From positions 1 to 64,000 of IMG/VR virus record IMGVR_UViG_3300028563_000014: 64,000 nt of DNA. One strand, 5' to 3'. This DNA comes from a virus. Shown in pieces: positions 1 to 8,628 of this stretch. Below the pieces are notes generated by a model. The model was not told the origin of the DNA. It did not search any database and saw nothing but the letters and a program-made list of their open reading frames with translations. The position numbers were made by a program, and so were the translations under genes. Each line of letters starts with the position of its first letter. Position 1 is the first letter of the stretch.

Positions 1-260
1 CCGGGCACCACGACCACTAGCATGGGGTCAGCTTCGGCAAAAACCCGCTGCACCTCCGCGATCAGGGCCGGCTCCGGGCGCCGGCTATGGAACAGGTCGC
101 CGGCCACGAACAGGGTATCCGCCCCAGCCGCCCCAGCCGCCTTCACCGCGGCCTGGAGCGACGCGATCGTCAGCCGGGCCCGAGCGTTCAGCCCATTCTC
201 CATCGCTCCGCCGAAACGCGCGTGGTTCCCGCAGTGACAATCCGCGATGATCGCTATCAA
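1..260 (-). CDS. SbcD/Mre11/T4 gp47-like metallophosphoesterase nuclease subunit (partial, runs off window)
   Basis: Not in the ORF track. Hand translation from TTG 260 (TTGA overlap with upstream stop) gives LIAIIADCHCGNH...LFVAGDLFH...VVVVPG, i.e. DxH, GDxF and the start of GNHD motifs. Confidence 0.8.
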   Translation of the reverse strand, partial: MIAIIADCHCGNHARFGGAMENGLNARARLTIASLQAAVKAAGAAGADTLFVAGDLFHSRRPEPALIAEVQRVFAEADPMLVVVVP

Positions 261-550
261 AACGCCCTCCTCTTGATCTCCTGCACTTCAGCCCTCGACA
301 GCAGGATCATTGTCCGCGTCTCCGGGACGAACACGCTCCGCGGCAGCTCGCGCCCGTCCATCTCCCCGCCCGGATCGAGGCCACGCCGCTGCGCCAGCGC
401 CTCGGCGTCGACCAGGGACGCCGCCTCGACGATCAAGCCCCCGAGGTAGTGCGGGCCGTCGTCGGTCAGTGGGGGCTCGGCCTGCCGCGCGTCAGCGATC
501 GTCTTCTTGTCGTCGCTGGTGAACTCCAGCAGGTACAGCGCCAGCGGCAT
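257..550 (-). CDS. hypothetical protein
   Basis: 97 aa ORF overlapping both neighbours. Confidence 0.6.
   Translation of the reverse strand: MPLALYLLEFTSDDKKTIADARQAEPPLTDDGPHYLGGLIVEAASLVDAEALAQRRGLDPGGEMDGRELPRSVFVPETRTMILLSRAEVQEIKRRAF
305..316 (-). promoter_or_regulatory. CGGACAATGATC motif, copy 1 (upstream of SbcD-like gene)
   Basis: Exact 12-mer also at 4035, 5502 and 14962. Confidence 0.6.
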
Positions 551-903
551 CAGCCCGGCTCCCGCGCGTCGGCCAGCGCCGCCTTGTCAACGTCCGACAC
601 GTAAGCCGAGTCGACCTCGACCCGGCGGCACTCGACCCGAGCAATGCCGCACCTCTCCAGCACCGGCCTCAGGAGGTGAGCGACCTTGGTCGCAGCCTCG
701 GCGGGACTGTCGTTGAAGTCGAAGATCGCCACGAAAGAGAGCGACGAGTGGTCCGGTATCAGCTCCATATCCGAGTAGCCCCAGAGGTCGCTGACCTTCA
801 GCGCCACCTCGTAGGCCTCGGCTACCTCCTGCTCCGCTTCCCGGATCGCCGCCCGCGCCCGCCCGAGCGGCGTCTGCACCAGCGCCTCGTCCTCTTCCGT
901 CAT
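550..903 (-). CDS. hypothetical protein
   Basis: 117 aa ORF, ATGA overlap with recA. Confidence 0.65.
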   Translation of the reverse strand: MTEEDEALVQTPLGRARAAIREAEQEVAEAYEVALKVSDLWGYSDMELIPDHSSLSFVAIFDFNDSPAEAATKVAHLLRPVLERCGIARVECRRVEVDSAYVSDVDKAALADAREPG

Positions 904-1943
904 GACCCCTCCTTCTTCTGCCGGATCGCCACCTTGACGTCCGGCGCCGCCTCGTCAACCGGCCACCCCAGCGCCAGCCGCGCCTCTCTCAGGCTCGTGC
1001 AGTCCCTTCCCACGCACCCCGCCTCCTTGGCGAAGTCCATCGTGCTGGCCGCGTCGTCGAACCCCTCACCGAACCGCAGCAGCACCTCCGCGTCCCGCAT
1101 GGGCACGGTGCACTTGTTCTTGATGGCGCGCACCCGCGCCCACTTCCCCACGCGCGCCGTCCCGCGCTTCTCGAACTGCCCGTGGCTCATGGCCAGGCGG
1201 ATCGAGCTGTAGAACTTGATCGCGTTCCCCCCGGGCGTCGTCTCCTGAGGCCCGTACATGTTCCCGATCTTCGCCCGCACCTGGTTCACCAGCACCAGGA
1301 TCGCCTGCTTCTCCGAGACCTTCGGGGCGAGCACCCGCATCCACTCGCTCCAGGCCCGCCCCATGATCCCGGGGACGTCCTTGTCCCTGGCGTGGGCCTT
1401 CACCGCGTCCTCAGGCAGGCAGCTGTCGACGCTGTCCAGGAAGACCACCAGCTTCTGTTTCCCGCGGAGCTTGTCCAGCAGGCACTCGACCTCGCGCAGG
1501 AACACCTCCAGGACGTCGCAGTCGGGCGTCACCACGTCCTTCCGGGAGACCCCGAAGGTGTCCACCCACTCCGGCGCCAGCGCCGGCTCGCTCTCCCCGA
1601 ACACCACCAGCGCCCCGTCTCGCTGCGCCGCCCCCATCAGGTGCCACTCCAGCGCGCTCTTGCCCACGCTCTCCGGGCCGTAGACCTCGACGATGCGCCC
1701 GTAGGGCAGGCCCCCGATCCCGATCACATGGTGGTCGAGAACGGAGAGCCCGGTCGGCATCACCGACCGGACCCTGCTCCGCCCACCCAGCGCCAGCGTG
1801 GACGCCGCGCTGTTCTCCCCGCCGGCACCGCCAAACTCCTTGCGCAGGAGCGCCGCCGCGCGCTCCGCTACCGTCAGCTCGACGGCCACCTCCTTGGGCG
1901 GCCGCGGCGCGCGCTTCTTCTTCGGCTTCTTGGCGGGGCCCAT
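900..1943 (-). CDS. recA: RecA/UvsX-like recombinase
   Basis: GGLPYGRIVEVYGPESVGKS Walker A, VFLDSV Walker B, NQVRAKIGNMYGPQETTPGGNAIKFYSSIRL, IKNK. Confidence 0.95.
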   Translation of the reverse strand: MGPAKKPKKKRAPRPPKEVAVELTVAERAAALLRKEFGGAGGENSAASTLALGGRSRVRSVMPTGLSVLDHHVIGIGGLPYGRIVEVYGPESVGKSALEWHLMGAAQRDGALVVFGESEPALAPEWVDTFGVSRKDVVTPDCDVLEVFLREVECLLDKLRGKQKLVVFLDSVDSCLPEDAVKAHARDKDVPGIMGRAWSEWMRVLAPKVSEKQAILVLVNQVRAKIGNMYGPQETTPGGNAIKFYSSIRLAMSHGQFEKRGTARVGKWARVRAIKNKCTVPMRDAEVLLRFGEGFDDAASTMDFAKEAGCVGRDCTSLREARLALGWPVDEAAPDVKVAIRQKKEGS

Positions 1944-1946
1944 CGG

Positions 1947-2903
1947 TCAGTTCCCCGCCGGCTCGTGCTCGGCGTCGACCGCGTCGTGGTTGCGATCTTC
2001 CTTCGCCGCCAGGCGGCGGCCCTCCGGGATCGGGTCCGGGGCGACGGGCTTCGCGATCAGCTTGCGCATCTCCGCCGTCTCGAGACCCGAGCGCGCCTTC
2101 GACAGGTCGTGCAGCTGGGACAGCCACTTGCGGTCCTCGATCACGGACGCCGCGCGCGCCGGCAGGCACGTGTACTCGGTGTCGTCGCGCTCGGTCCCCT
2201 TCCGCTCGATCACTAGGTTGAATCCCGTGTCCGGGTGAGAGAAGTCTCCCCCGGCGTCCTTGTCCTTGAAGATCTTCATCATCGTCTCGTAGACGCCCTG
2301 GACGATCTGCAGGATCCGGACGCCCTTCTTCTTGTCCTCCTCTCGGTCCATCCTGACCGCGTTCACGAAGAACTCCTCTCTCGACCGCAGTTCGCGTGAC
2401 AGCTCCTTCGCGTCATCGTCCGATCGCCCGAGCTTGCCTAGGGCACCGGAGACGACGCAGAACAGGCACTCGCCGTCCGCGGTCTTGTTCGGGCAGATGA
2501 AACCCTTGAAGCCCTTGCGGGCCGGGGGGACGGTGACGTCCTCGATCCCGAGCGCCATCGCCAGCTCGAACCGCTCCGTGTCCTCCAGCGCGGCGAAGAT
2601 CTTCAGCGCCTCCCGGAGCTTCTCCGCGTTCACGTTGTGCACCCAGACCCGCTTCACCAGCGGGCCGCCGCGTTTCGGCGGCATGACGCGCCAGACGTAC
2701 TTCCCGGGCTTGTCCATCTTGACCATGGCGCCCTTCGCCTTGCGCTCCAACGCCGACTCCTCGTAGTCGGCGAAGTCAGCCGCCACCGCGTCCGGGTCTG
2801 CCGGTTCCCAGTCCTGCTCCTCCGCCTCCGGGGCCGGAGCCGTCGCTGCCGCGGGGGCGGCGCTCGCCGTCGTCTTCGCTGTCTTCGTCGCCTTGGTCGT
2901 CAT
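1947..2903 (-). CDS. T4 gp32-like single-stranded DNA-binding protein
   Basis: WRVMPP...H...FICPNK...ECLFC Zn motif, FFVNAV, GDFSHPDTGFNLVIERKG..TEY; next to recA. Confidence 0.75.
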   Translation of the reverse strand: MTTKATKTAKTTASAAPAAATAPAPEAEEQDWEPADPDAVAADFADYEESALERKAKGAMVKMDKPGKYVWRVMPPKRGGPLVKRVWVHNVNAEKLREALKIFAALEDTERFELAMALGIEDVTVPPARKGFKGFICPNKTADGECLFCVVSGALGKLGRSDDDAKELSRELRSREEFFVNAVRMDREEDKKKGVRILQIVQGVYETMMKIFKDKDAGGDFSHPDTGFNLVIERKGTERDDTEYTCLPARAASVIEDRKWLSQLHDLSKARSGLETAEMRKLIAKPVAPDPIPEGRRLAAKEDRNHDAVDAEHEPAGN

Positions 2904-2951
2904 CGTGTCTGTTCCTTTGGTCGTTGGTGTCCGGAATAAAAACGGAATATT

Positions 2952-3503
2952 TCAGCGGCGGGGCCGCTCGCCGCGCAGGGACGGGTCGGCGCCGCGGTCG
3001 GCCCTGATGTCCGCCCCCAGCGAGACCAGCATGTCCCGCTTGGCGTCGAGCACGTCCACCATGGCCAGGGCCTCGCCGGCCTTCTTCGTGGCCGCCGCCA
3101 CCAGCTTCCCGTGCTTCTCGATGGTGTCGATGACCGACTCGCGCAGCTTGCGGAACTCCGGGTCCGTCTTCACCCGGGCTTCGATCTCATCGACCGTCGC
3201 CGACTTCGCCTTCGCGTCCCCACCGGCTCGCGCGGCCTCCACCGCCTCCGCGTCCTCCTTGCGCTTCTGCAGGCGGATCTTCTGCTCGCCCACCTCCAGG
3301 TCGAGCTCGGCCCGCTCCACCGCCGCCTTCTGCTCGACCTCGGCCAGGTGCTGCGCCTCGCGCGCTGCCACCCGCCGCGCCGTCCACCGCGACAGGGTTG
3401 ACGGCAGCTCGGCGTACTCCGTGGCCAGGGCCTCGACGTTGATCGAGACCGCTCGCTTGATGTCAGCCTCTGACTCGGCCTGGGGCTTCGTTGGCGTGGC
3501 CAC
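2952..3503 (-). CDS. coiled-coil protein, possible UvsY-like recombination mediator
   Basis: Helical, TVDEIEARVKTDPEF...LDAKRDMLVSLG; sits beside SSB and recA. Confidence 0.5.
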   Translation of the reverse strand: MATPTKPQAESEADIKRAVSINVEALATEYAELPSTLSRWTARRVAAREAQHLAEVEQKAAVERAELDLEVGEQKIRLQKRKEDAEAVEAARAGGDAKAKSATVDEIEARVKTDPEFRKLRESVIDTIEKHGKLVAAATKKAGEALAMVDVLDAKRDMLVSLGADIRADRGADPSLRGERPRR

Positions 3504-3506
3504 TGG

Positions 3507-3992
3507 TCAGCTCTCCCCGGTCGAGATGCCCATCATCTCGCAGGCGTTCAGGACGCGGACCGAAACGTCCTCCGAGGCGATCGGAGCCAGGAAGGCCGGA
3601 GCGCCGTCCTGATCTCGGATCCGCGCTACCTCGGCCACCAGCTCCACCGCCGTGACGGCGGGCGCCTCCTTCTGGAGCATCGCCACCAGCTTCCGCATGG
3701 TGTTGACCCCGGTGTAGCCGCGCTTCTTCGCGGCCGGCGCAGGGGCCGGTTTCCGCGCCGCCGTCTCCGGCACCGGCCGGGGAGATTCTTCGGCCTTCTC
3801 CGTCATAACCGCCGCCGCCGCGCCACCGCGCGCCACCGCGCGTAATTCTGCCTCTGGCATCTCCTGCAGCACCCGTGGCGGGTCGAGGCCGATCAGCGAG
3901 ATCACCGCCTTGGGGTTCGCCCAGGCCATCGCCACCGCTCTGAACAACTCGGGCTCGCGCTCCGAGTCGAGGTCCTGAATCACGATCTTCAT
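3507..3992 (-). CDS. hypothetical protein
   Basis: ATG 3992 preceded by AAGGA; MKIVIQDLD... Confidence 0.6.
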   Translation of the reverse strand: MKIVIQDLDSEREPELFRAVAMAWANPKAVISLIGLDPPRVLQEMPEAELRAVARGGAAAAVMTEKAEESPRPVPETAARKPAPAPAAKKRGYTGVNTMRKLVAMLQKEAPAVTAVELVAEVARIRDQDGAPAFLAPIASEDVSVRVLNACEMMGISTGES

Positions 3993-4034
3993 TCCGTTTC
4001 CTTCCCGGGGCCGGCAATCGACCCCTTGCCCCCA

Positions 4035-4046
4035 GATCATTGTCCG
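4035..4046 (-). promoter_or_regulatory. CGGACAATGATC motif, copy 2
   Basis: Intergenic, heads the SSB/recA operon; extends to CGGACAATGATCTGGG as at 14958-14973. Confidence 0.65.
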
Positions 4047-4062
4047 CGCACCGCCCGCCCGG

Positions 4063-5496
4063 TCAGGCGCGGTCGTCGTCCCGCTCGGCCGCGTCGTAGA
4101 AAGCCATGAACCGGCCGTCCCAGTCCACGTCGACCTCCCCCTCCGGACCCTCCCGGTGCTTCGCCACGATGATGCTGGCCGGCACCGGGCCCTTGGACGC
4201 GCCGCGGACGCCCGGGTCGCGCCAGGGGAACAGCACCAGGTCCGCGTCCTGCTCGACCGAACCCGAGTCGCGCAGGTCGGCCAGGATCGGCTTCCGGCTC
4301 ACCCCGCCCTTACCGCCCTTCTCGCTCTCGCGGTTCAACTGGGAGACCAGGGCGATCGGGCAGTGCAGCTCCTTCGCCAGCTTCTTGAACCGGCGGGTGA
4401 TCTTGGTGACCACCTGCGTCCGGTTCTCGCTGTCGGACGACTCCTCCACCTCGACCAGGCCGAGATAGTCGACGGCGATCACCTTGCGCACCTTGGTCGG
4501 CGGCTCGCGCTTCTCGGTCAGCGCCTTCGCCCGCGCCTCGCGGTCGATCTTCGCCGCCCAGCGCCTGGCCTCGGAGCAGATCTGCCGGAGCCCCAGCGCG
4601 TCCGTGTTGATGTGCAGGTCGAGCGGCGCCAGCTTCTTCCCCGCGTCATGGACCTTGATCCACTCCTTGGTGTCGATCTTCGCCCGGGAGATCCGGTTCC
4701 CCGTCACTTGCCCGACGAACGCCAGGCCCCGCTCGATCAGCTGCTGCCGACTCATCTCCAGCGAGAACATCAGCGTCGGCACTCCGCCCATCGACATCCG
4801 GATCAGCGTCGACCAGGCCAGCGACGACTTGCCCTTGCCCGGGCGCGCCGCGATCACGATGACCTGCTCCTCGCGCCACCCGCCGATCTTCTCGTCGTAC
4901 TCGCGCAGACCGGTCTGCACCTCGTACTCGTCGGGCTTGTCTTGCTTGTTCTGGATCTCGTCGATCCCGTGCTGGAGCACGTCGCCCAGGCGCACCGTCC
5001 CCGCTCCCATCGGGACCTCGAGGTTCGCCACCGCCGTCCGGTGCTCGGCGACCAGGTCGTGCACGTCCTCCTCGCCGTGCGCGCGCAGGACGATCTCCGT
5101 CGCCGCCTTGATCAGCCGGCGCCGGACGGCGAAGTCCCGCACCTGGCGCGCGTAATGCGGGACGTCCTCGCCGGTCGAGACGACGTCCATGAGCCTCGTC
5201 AGGTAGATCTCTCCGTCTTCCAGCCGCGACAGCTGCCCCCGCAGCCGCAGCTCGTCGGCCAGAAAGACCGGGTTGATCGGCTTCCCGGTCGTCACCAGGT
5301 GGCGCATGGCCTCGTAGATCTCCCGGTGCGCCGGCATGTAGAACTCGTCCGCGTCCCGCAGGAACAGCGTCACGTCCTCCATCGCGGACGGCTTGATCAG
5401 CACGCTCCCCAGCACCGCCTGCTCCGCCTTCAGCGAGTAGGGCATGGGCCGGCTGTTCGGGAGAGGAGACCTCGGGTCCTTCTCGCTGTGTTTCAC
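4063..5496 (-). CDS. dnaB: replicative DNA helicase DnaB
   Basis: PYSLKAEQAVLGSVL, IAARPGKGKS, FSLEMS, VDYLGL, SQLNRESE, LADLRDSGSVEQDADLV, IVAKHREG. Confidence 0.97.
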   Translation of the reverse strand: MKHSEKDPRSPLPNSRPMPYSLKAEQAVLGSVLIKPSAMEDVTLFLRDADEFYMPAHREIYEAMRHLVTTGKPINPVFLADELRLRGQLSRLEDGEIYLTRLMDVVSTGEDVPHYARQVRDFAVRRRLIKAATEIVLRAHGEEDVHDLVAEHRTAVANLEVPMGAGTVRLGDVLQHGIDEIQNKQDKPDEYEVQTGLREYDEKIGGWREEQVIVIAARPGKGKSSLAWSTLIRMSMGGVPTLMFSLEMSRQQLIERGLAFVGQVTGNRISRAKIDTKEWIKVHDAGKKLAPLDLHINTDALGLRQICSEARRWAAKIDREARAKALTEKREPPTKVRKVIAVDYLGLVEVEESSDSENRTQVVTKITRRFKKLAKELHCPIALVSQLNRESEKGGKGGVSRKPILADLRDSGSVEQDADLVLFPWRDPGVRGASKGPVPASIIVAKHREGPEGEVDVDWDGRFMAFYDAAERDDDRA

Positions 5497-5501
5497 GGGG
5501 C

Positions 5502-5513
5502 GATCATTGTCCG
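5502..5513 (-). promoter_or_regulatory. CGGACAATGATC motif, copy 3
   Basis: 5 nt upstream of the dnaB GTG start. Confidence 0.65.
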
Positions 5514-5875
5514 AAGAGCTGGCGCCAGGTCTGCACGCGGAGATCGCAGTCCTGGCAGGCGACGTCGCCGTATCCGCCGGGGCACTCGAAGTGCCGCCAG
5601 CAGACGTGCTCCAGCGTCCAGCTATTGCGCCGGCGCAGGTCGGCGCAGGGAGCGCAGAGCCACGCGTACGTCGTCCACTCCTTCGTCAGCAAGAAGATCC
5701 CGATCGCCCGCCGCACCGGCTCGCGCAGGTCGTGCGGCGCCACCTGAGCTACGATCGCCTTGATCTCGGCCACCGTGATCGGCGGGCCCTCGACCACGGT
5801 CAGCAGCGAGTCCTGGTGCACCACGCGCGTCCCGCCGCCGATCTTCCGCGGCGCCGGAGGCTTCGCCCGCTTCAT
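5504..5875 (-). CDS. Cys-rich hypothetical protein (CxxC pairs)
   Basis: ATGA overlap at 5875; LCAPC...ACQDC; lies between initiator and dnaB. Confidence 0.6.
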   Translation of the reverse strand: MKRAKPPAPRKIGGGTRVVHQDSLLTVVEGPPITVAEIKAIVAQVAPHDLREPVRRAIGIFLLTKEWTTYAWLCAPCADLRRRNSWTLEHVCWRHFECPGGYGDVACQDCDLRVQTWRQLFGQ

Positions 5876-6759
5876 AGCTTCGGGTACTCGACTTCCTCGG
5901 CCTGTCGGTAGCCGCCGCCGCGGTAGCCGTTGTGGCCGTTCGAGGCCGGCGCGTCGTTCGACTTCGAGAGCCAGGTGTACAGGAACCTGGGCATCCCGAC
6001 CGCCGTCTTGCGCTTGAGCTTGTTCGCCTTCGCCCAGCCGAGCGCCAGCCGGCACTGGGCCGCGACGTCGAGCCCCGGGAAGATCTCCCGCCACTCGTCG
6101 ATCTGCGCTTTCGTCAGCGACCACTCCGGGACCTTCCCGCTGCACGGGAAGACCATCACGACCGGAGAGGCCGGCGGGGGCGGCGCCGCGCGCGCAATTT
6201 TCTCCGGGTCTTCGGTCTTCCCCAGAGGCATCTGGGTTCCGGCAGAGGCCGGCGCGGGAGGTCTGTCCGCAGACCTCCGCGCACTCTGTTCTGATCTCTT
6301 GGGATCGGGATCGGGATCGGTAACGGGGGTTTTGTTTGGAAACCCTTGAGGGTTTCCCATGGGTTTCTGATCTACCCCCCCCAAGGGTTTTTCACGGGGC
6401 GGTTTTGCCACCTTCTGGACCCCTCTTGGACGCCCTCCGAGGGCCCCGAAACGCCCGTTGCTCCGCAGTAGTTTGACCTTCCGCTCCCCTTCCTCGTCGT
6501 ACCCATCCACCACCAGGTCATCGCCACGCCAGGAGGCCAACCCGGCGGTCACTGCGTGCTCGACTTCAGCGGCGGAGACGTGGGCCCGGGTGAGCCACTC
6601 GCGGTCCTTCCAGAGCTTGGCGCCCACCAGGCGGTCGGTCTCGACGCCGTCCGACGTGCAGTAGGAGAGGACCCGGATCCAGGCGCCCAGGGCGGCGCAG
6701 TCGGCGTCCATCGCCGGCGGCGTCGTCATGAACTGTCGGTGCGCGGCGGCGAACCTCAC
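5872..6759 (-). CDS. phage replication initiator (lambda O-like)
   Basis: N-terminal helical domain, NGRFGALGGRP, KP-rich linker, C-terminal EWREIFPGLDV...W...KRKT..GMPRFLYTWL; upstream of dnaB. Confidence 0.75.
   Translation of the reverse strand: MRFAAAHRQFMTTPPAMDADCAALGAWIRVLSYCTSDGVETDRLVGAKLWKDREWLTRAHVSAAEVEHAVTAGLASWRGDDLVVDGYDEEGERKVKLLRSNGRFGALGGRPRGVQKVAKPPREKPLGGVDQKPMGNPQGFPNKTPVTDPDPDPKRSEQSARRSADRPPAPASAGTQMPLGKTEDPEKIARAAPPPPASPVVMVFPCSGKVPEWSLTKAQIDEWREIFPGLDVAAQCRLALGWAKANKLKRKTAVGMPRFLYTWLSKSNDAPASNGHNGYRGGGYRQAEEVEYPKL
6300..6420. other. putative replication origin inside the initiator gene
   Basis: Local AT rise, repeated AAACCC/GGGTTT units, inverted repeat GGAAACCCT-TG-AGGGTTTCC, three GGGATC copies. 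Confidence 0.6.
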
Positions 6760-7631
6760 TCGGCCACCTCGCACAGGCCCCAGCGCATGCACCCCTCGTC
6801 CGCGGCGCCGGGAGCGAACAGATCCTGTTGCCGGCCCCCGCGGGACGTCTTAGACCAGGCAACGACGTCGTCGATGGGTATGCACTTCCGCTGTCCCTGC
6901 TCATCGCGTATGGGAGCCTGGAAGAATGTCGGAGGGTTGAACTTGTCCGCTTCTCCACGGGCATCCGCCCGCGCCAGTGCTGCCACCTGGACGCGCTCCT
7001 CCATCTTCCGAATCCGAACGATTTGCTCCGGGTGCTGCTCAGCTACGAATCGAATTTCAGCCTTCCGTGAGAAAATGCACGGAAAGCAACCGACCCGGGA
7101 TGCTCCCTGTAGGTACAGCGGGTTTGGCAGTAGGCCGTGACGCGTGTGGATGTCGATTACGTCCTGCTCGGTCCAATTGATCAGTGGCCGCCATACTTCG
7201 CAGTCGAACCCTTTCGACCACTCCCACTCCGGCATCTGCGAGCGCGCCTTCGACTCGCCCGCCCGGATGCCAACGGCGTTGACCAGGTCGAGGCCGACGG
7301 CCACCTGGACGGCCAGGTAAGCCAGGACCGGCTTGACCTTCAGCTCCTCCGTGCAGAAGCGCCGGGTGCGCGACGGGAACATGCCCTTGTGCGCTACCAG
7401 CTCCTCCATCTGCCGCTCACCCTTCAGGACGGCGATCGGCCCGAGGCGTTCCCCCAGGTACTGCAGGTGGTCGTACGTCTCCTGGGCTTCCCATCCGGTG
7501 TCGCAGAAGACCCGGTCGTGCTCGATCCCCTGCTCGGTGAGCCAGAGGGACATGGCCGCGGAGTCTTTGCCGCCGGAGATCGACGCCACCACGCGCCGTC
7601 CTCCTAGCTTGGCCTCGAGGTCCGCGTTCAC
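6756..7631 (-). CDS. PAPS reductase-family protein
   Basis: SISGGKDS PP-loop, FCDTGWE, RFCTEELK, GIRAGESKAR, LYLQGASRVGCFPC. Confidence 0.9.
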   Translation of the reverse strand: MNADLEAKLGGRRVVASISGGKDSAAMSLWLTEQGIEHDRVFCDTGWEAQETYDHLQYLGERLGPIAVLKGERQMEELVAHKGMFPSRTRRFCTEELKVKPVLAYLAVQVAVGLDLVNAVGIRAGESKARSQMPEWEWSKGFDCEVWRPLINWTEQDVIDIHTRHGLLPNPLYLQGASRVGCFPCIFSRKAEIRFVAEQHPEQIVRIRKMEERVQVAALARADARGEADKFNPPTFFQAPIRDEQGQRKCIPIDDVVAWSKTSRGGRQQDLFAPGAADEGCMRWGLCEVAE

Positions 7632-7640
7632 GTGCGAACC

Positions 7641-7799
7641 CCAGATGAAAGAACCACCCAGCTCGACCCGCCCCGTCTCTTTCCAAAGGTGCGGTTGTTC
7701 AGGTCGCCCTCAGGACGCAGACGAGCCGAGCTGGGTGGTTCTTTCATCTGGACACCTTTGGAATTTTGGAAAGGTTGGGAGGGACGGATCGACCTGAAC
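7641..7799. repeat. cluster of interleaved inverted repeats (25, 11 and 10 bp)
   Basis: 7641-7665/7727-7751, 7681-7691/7753-7763 and 7697-7706/7790-7799 are each perfect reverse complements. Confidence 0.9.
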
Positions 7800-7840
7800 G
7801 GGGAAGAAATTACCCCACCGGTCACGAAAAGGAAACGGGG

Positions 7841-8086
7841 TCAATTCGGGTGCAGCACCGCCCCGTCGTTGAACAGGGGGAACATCCGATCGCACCCGGG
7901 GCAGTTGACCAGGGCTGCCTGCCAGCTGGCGGTCGCCCCCTCGCCGTCCACCAGCTTGCCGCGGCCAGCTCCGACGAAGTCCTCGTTGACGTTATCCTGC
8001 GGCAAGCCGTCAGCGAGCAGGCGGATCTTGCGGCCGCACGCCACGAGCGCCCAGTCGTCGTACAGCTGCACCAGGACGTGGATCAT
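7841..8086 (-). CDS. hypothetical protein
   Basis: ATGA overlap; MIHVLVQLYDDW...CPGC. Confidence 0.55.
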   Translation of the reverse strand: MIHVLVQLYDDWALVACGRKIRLLADGLPQDNVNEDFVGAGRGKLVDGEGATASWQAALVNCPGCDRMFPLFNDGAVLHPN

Positions 8087-8385
8087 GACGGGCGCTCGGC
8101 CACCGGGAACAGGGGCAGGCCCTGCGTCTTCCAGCGGATCCAGGCGGTCACGTGGGCCATGGACGGCAACGTCACCGGTACCGCCGTGTCCGCCGCGCGC
8201 GTCGACCCGTCCGGGACCGGGTGTCCCTCCGGGACGACGTAGAACAGCTGGCGCCCCGGGACGAAGTAGATCCAGTGCGGGTGGCGCCGGCTCTCGCGCA
8301 TCGCCTGCCATACCTCCTTGGCCACGGCCTCGGTCGCGCCCAGGAACCACTCCTTCTTCTCCGCCTCGGTCACGCGAAGCTCCAC
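8083..8385 (-). CDS. hypothetical protein
   Basis: 100 aa ORF in operon. Confidence 0.55.
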   Translation of the reverse strand: MELRVTEAEKKEWFLGATEAVAKEVWQAMRESRRHPHWIYFVPGRQLFYVVPEGHPVPDGSTRAADTAVPVTLPSMAHVTAWIRWKTQGLPLFPVAERPS

Positions 8386-8606
8386 GCGAGCGGGGTCGAG
8401 ACGTCGGTCTCCCGGTTCTCCGACTGCTGGGCTATCGTCCGCGCCCGCGCCAGGCTCCGAAGCGCGTCGTCACGCAAGTCCACCGCGACACCGTCGATGA
8501 ACAGCTGCGCCGCGTACGGCTCCGTTCCGCCCCCCGTCCACACCACCTCGTAGGCGGTGCCGTTCTGGCCGACCGCCCGCATTCTCGTGTCCTGGTTCTT
8601 CCTCAT
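8370..8606 (-). CDS. hypothetical protein
   Basis: ATG 8606 preceded by AAAGGAGAGG. Confidence 0.65.
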   Translation of the reverse strand: MRKNQDTRMRAVGQNGTAYEVVWTGGGTEPYAAQLFIDGVAVDLRDDALRSLARARTIAQQSENRETDVSTPLAWSFA

Positions 8607-8628
8607 CTGGTCCTCTCCTTTCGTTTGT

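Noticed and set aside
7641-7751. MITE with 25-bp terminal inverted repeats
   Set aside because: No target-site duplication, and internal segments pair with sequence outside the repeats
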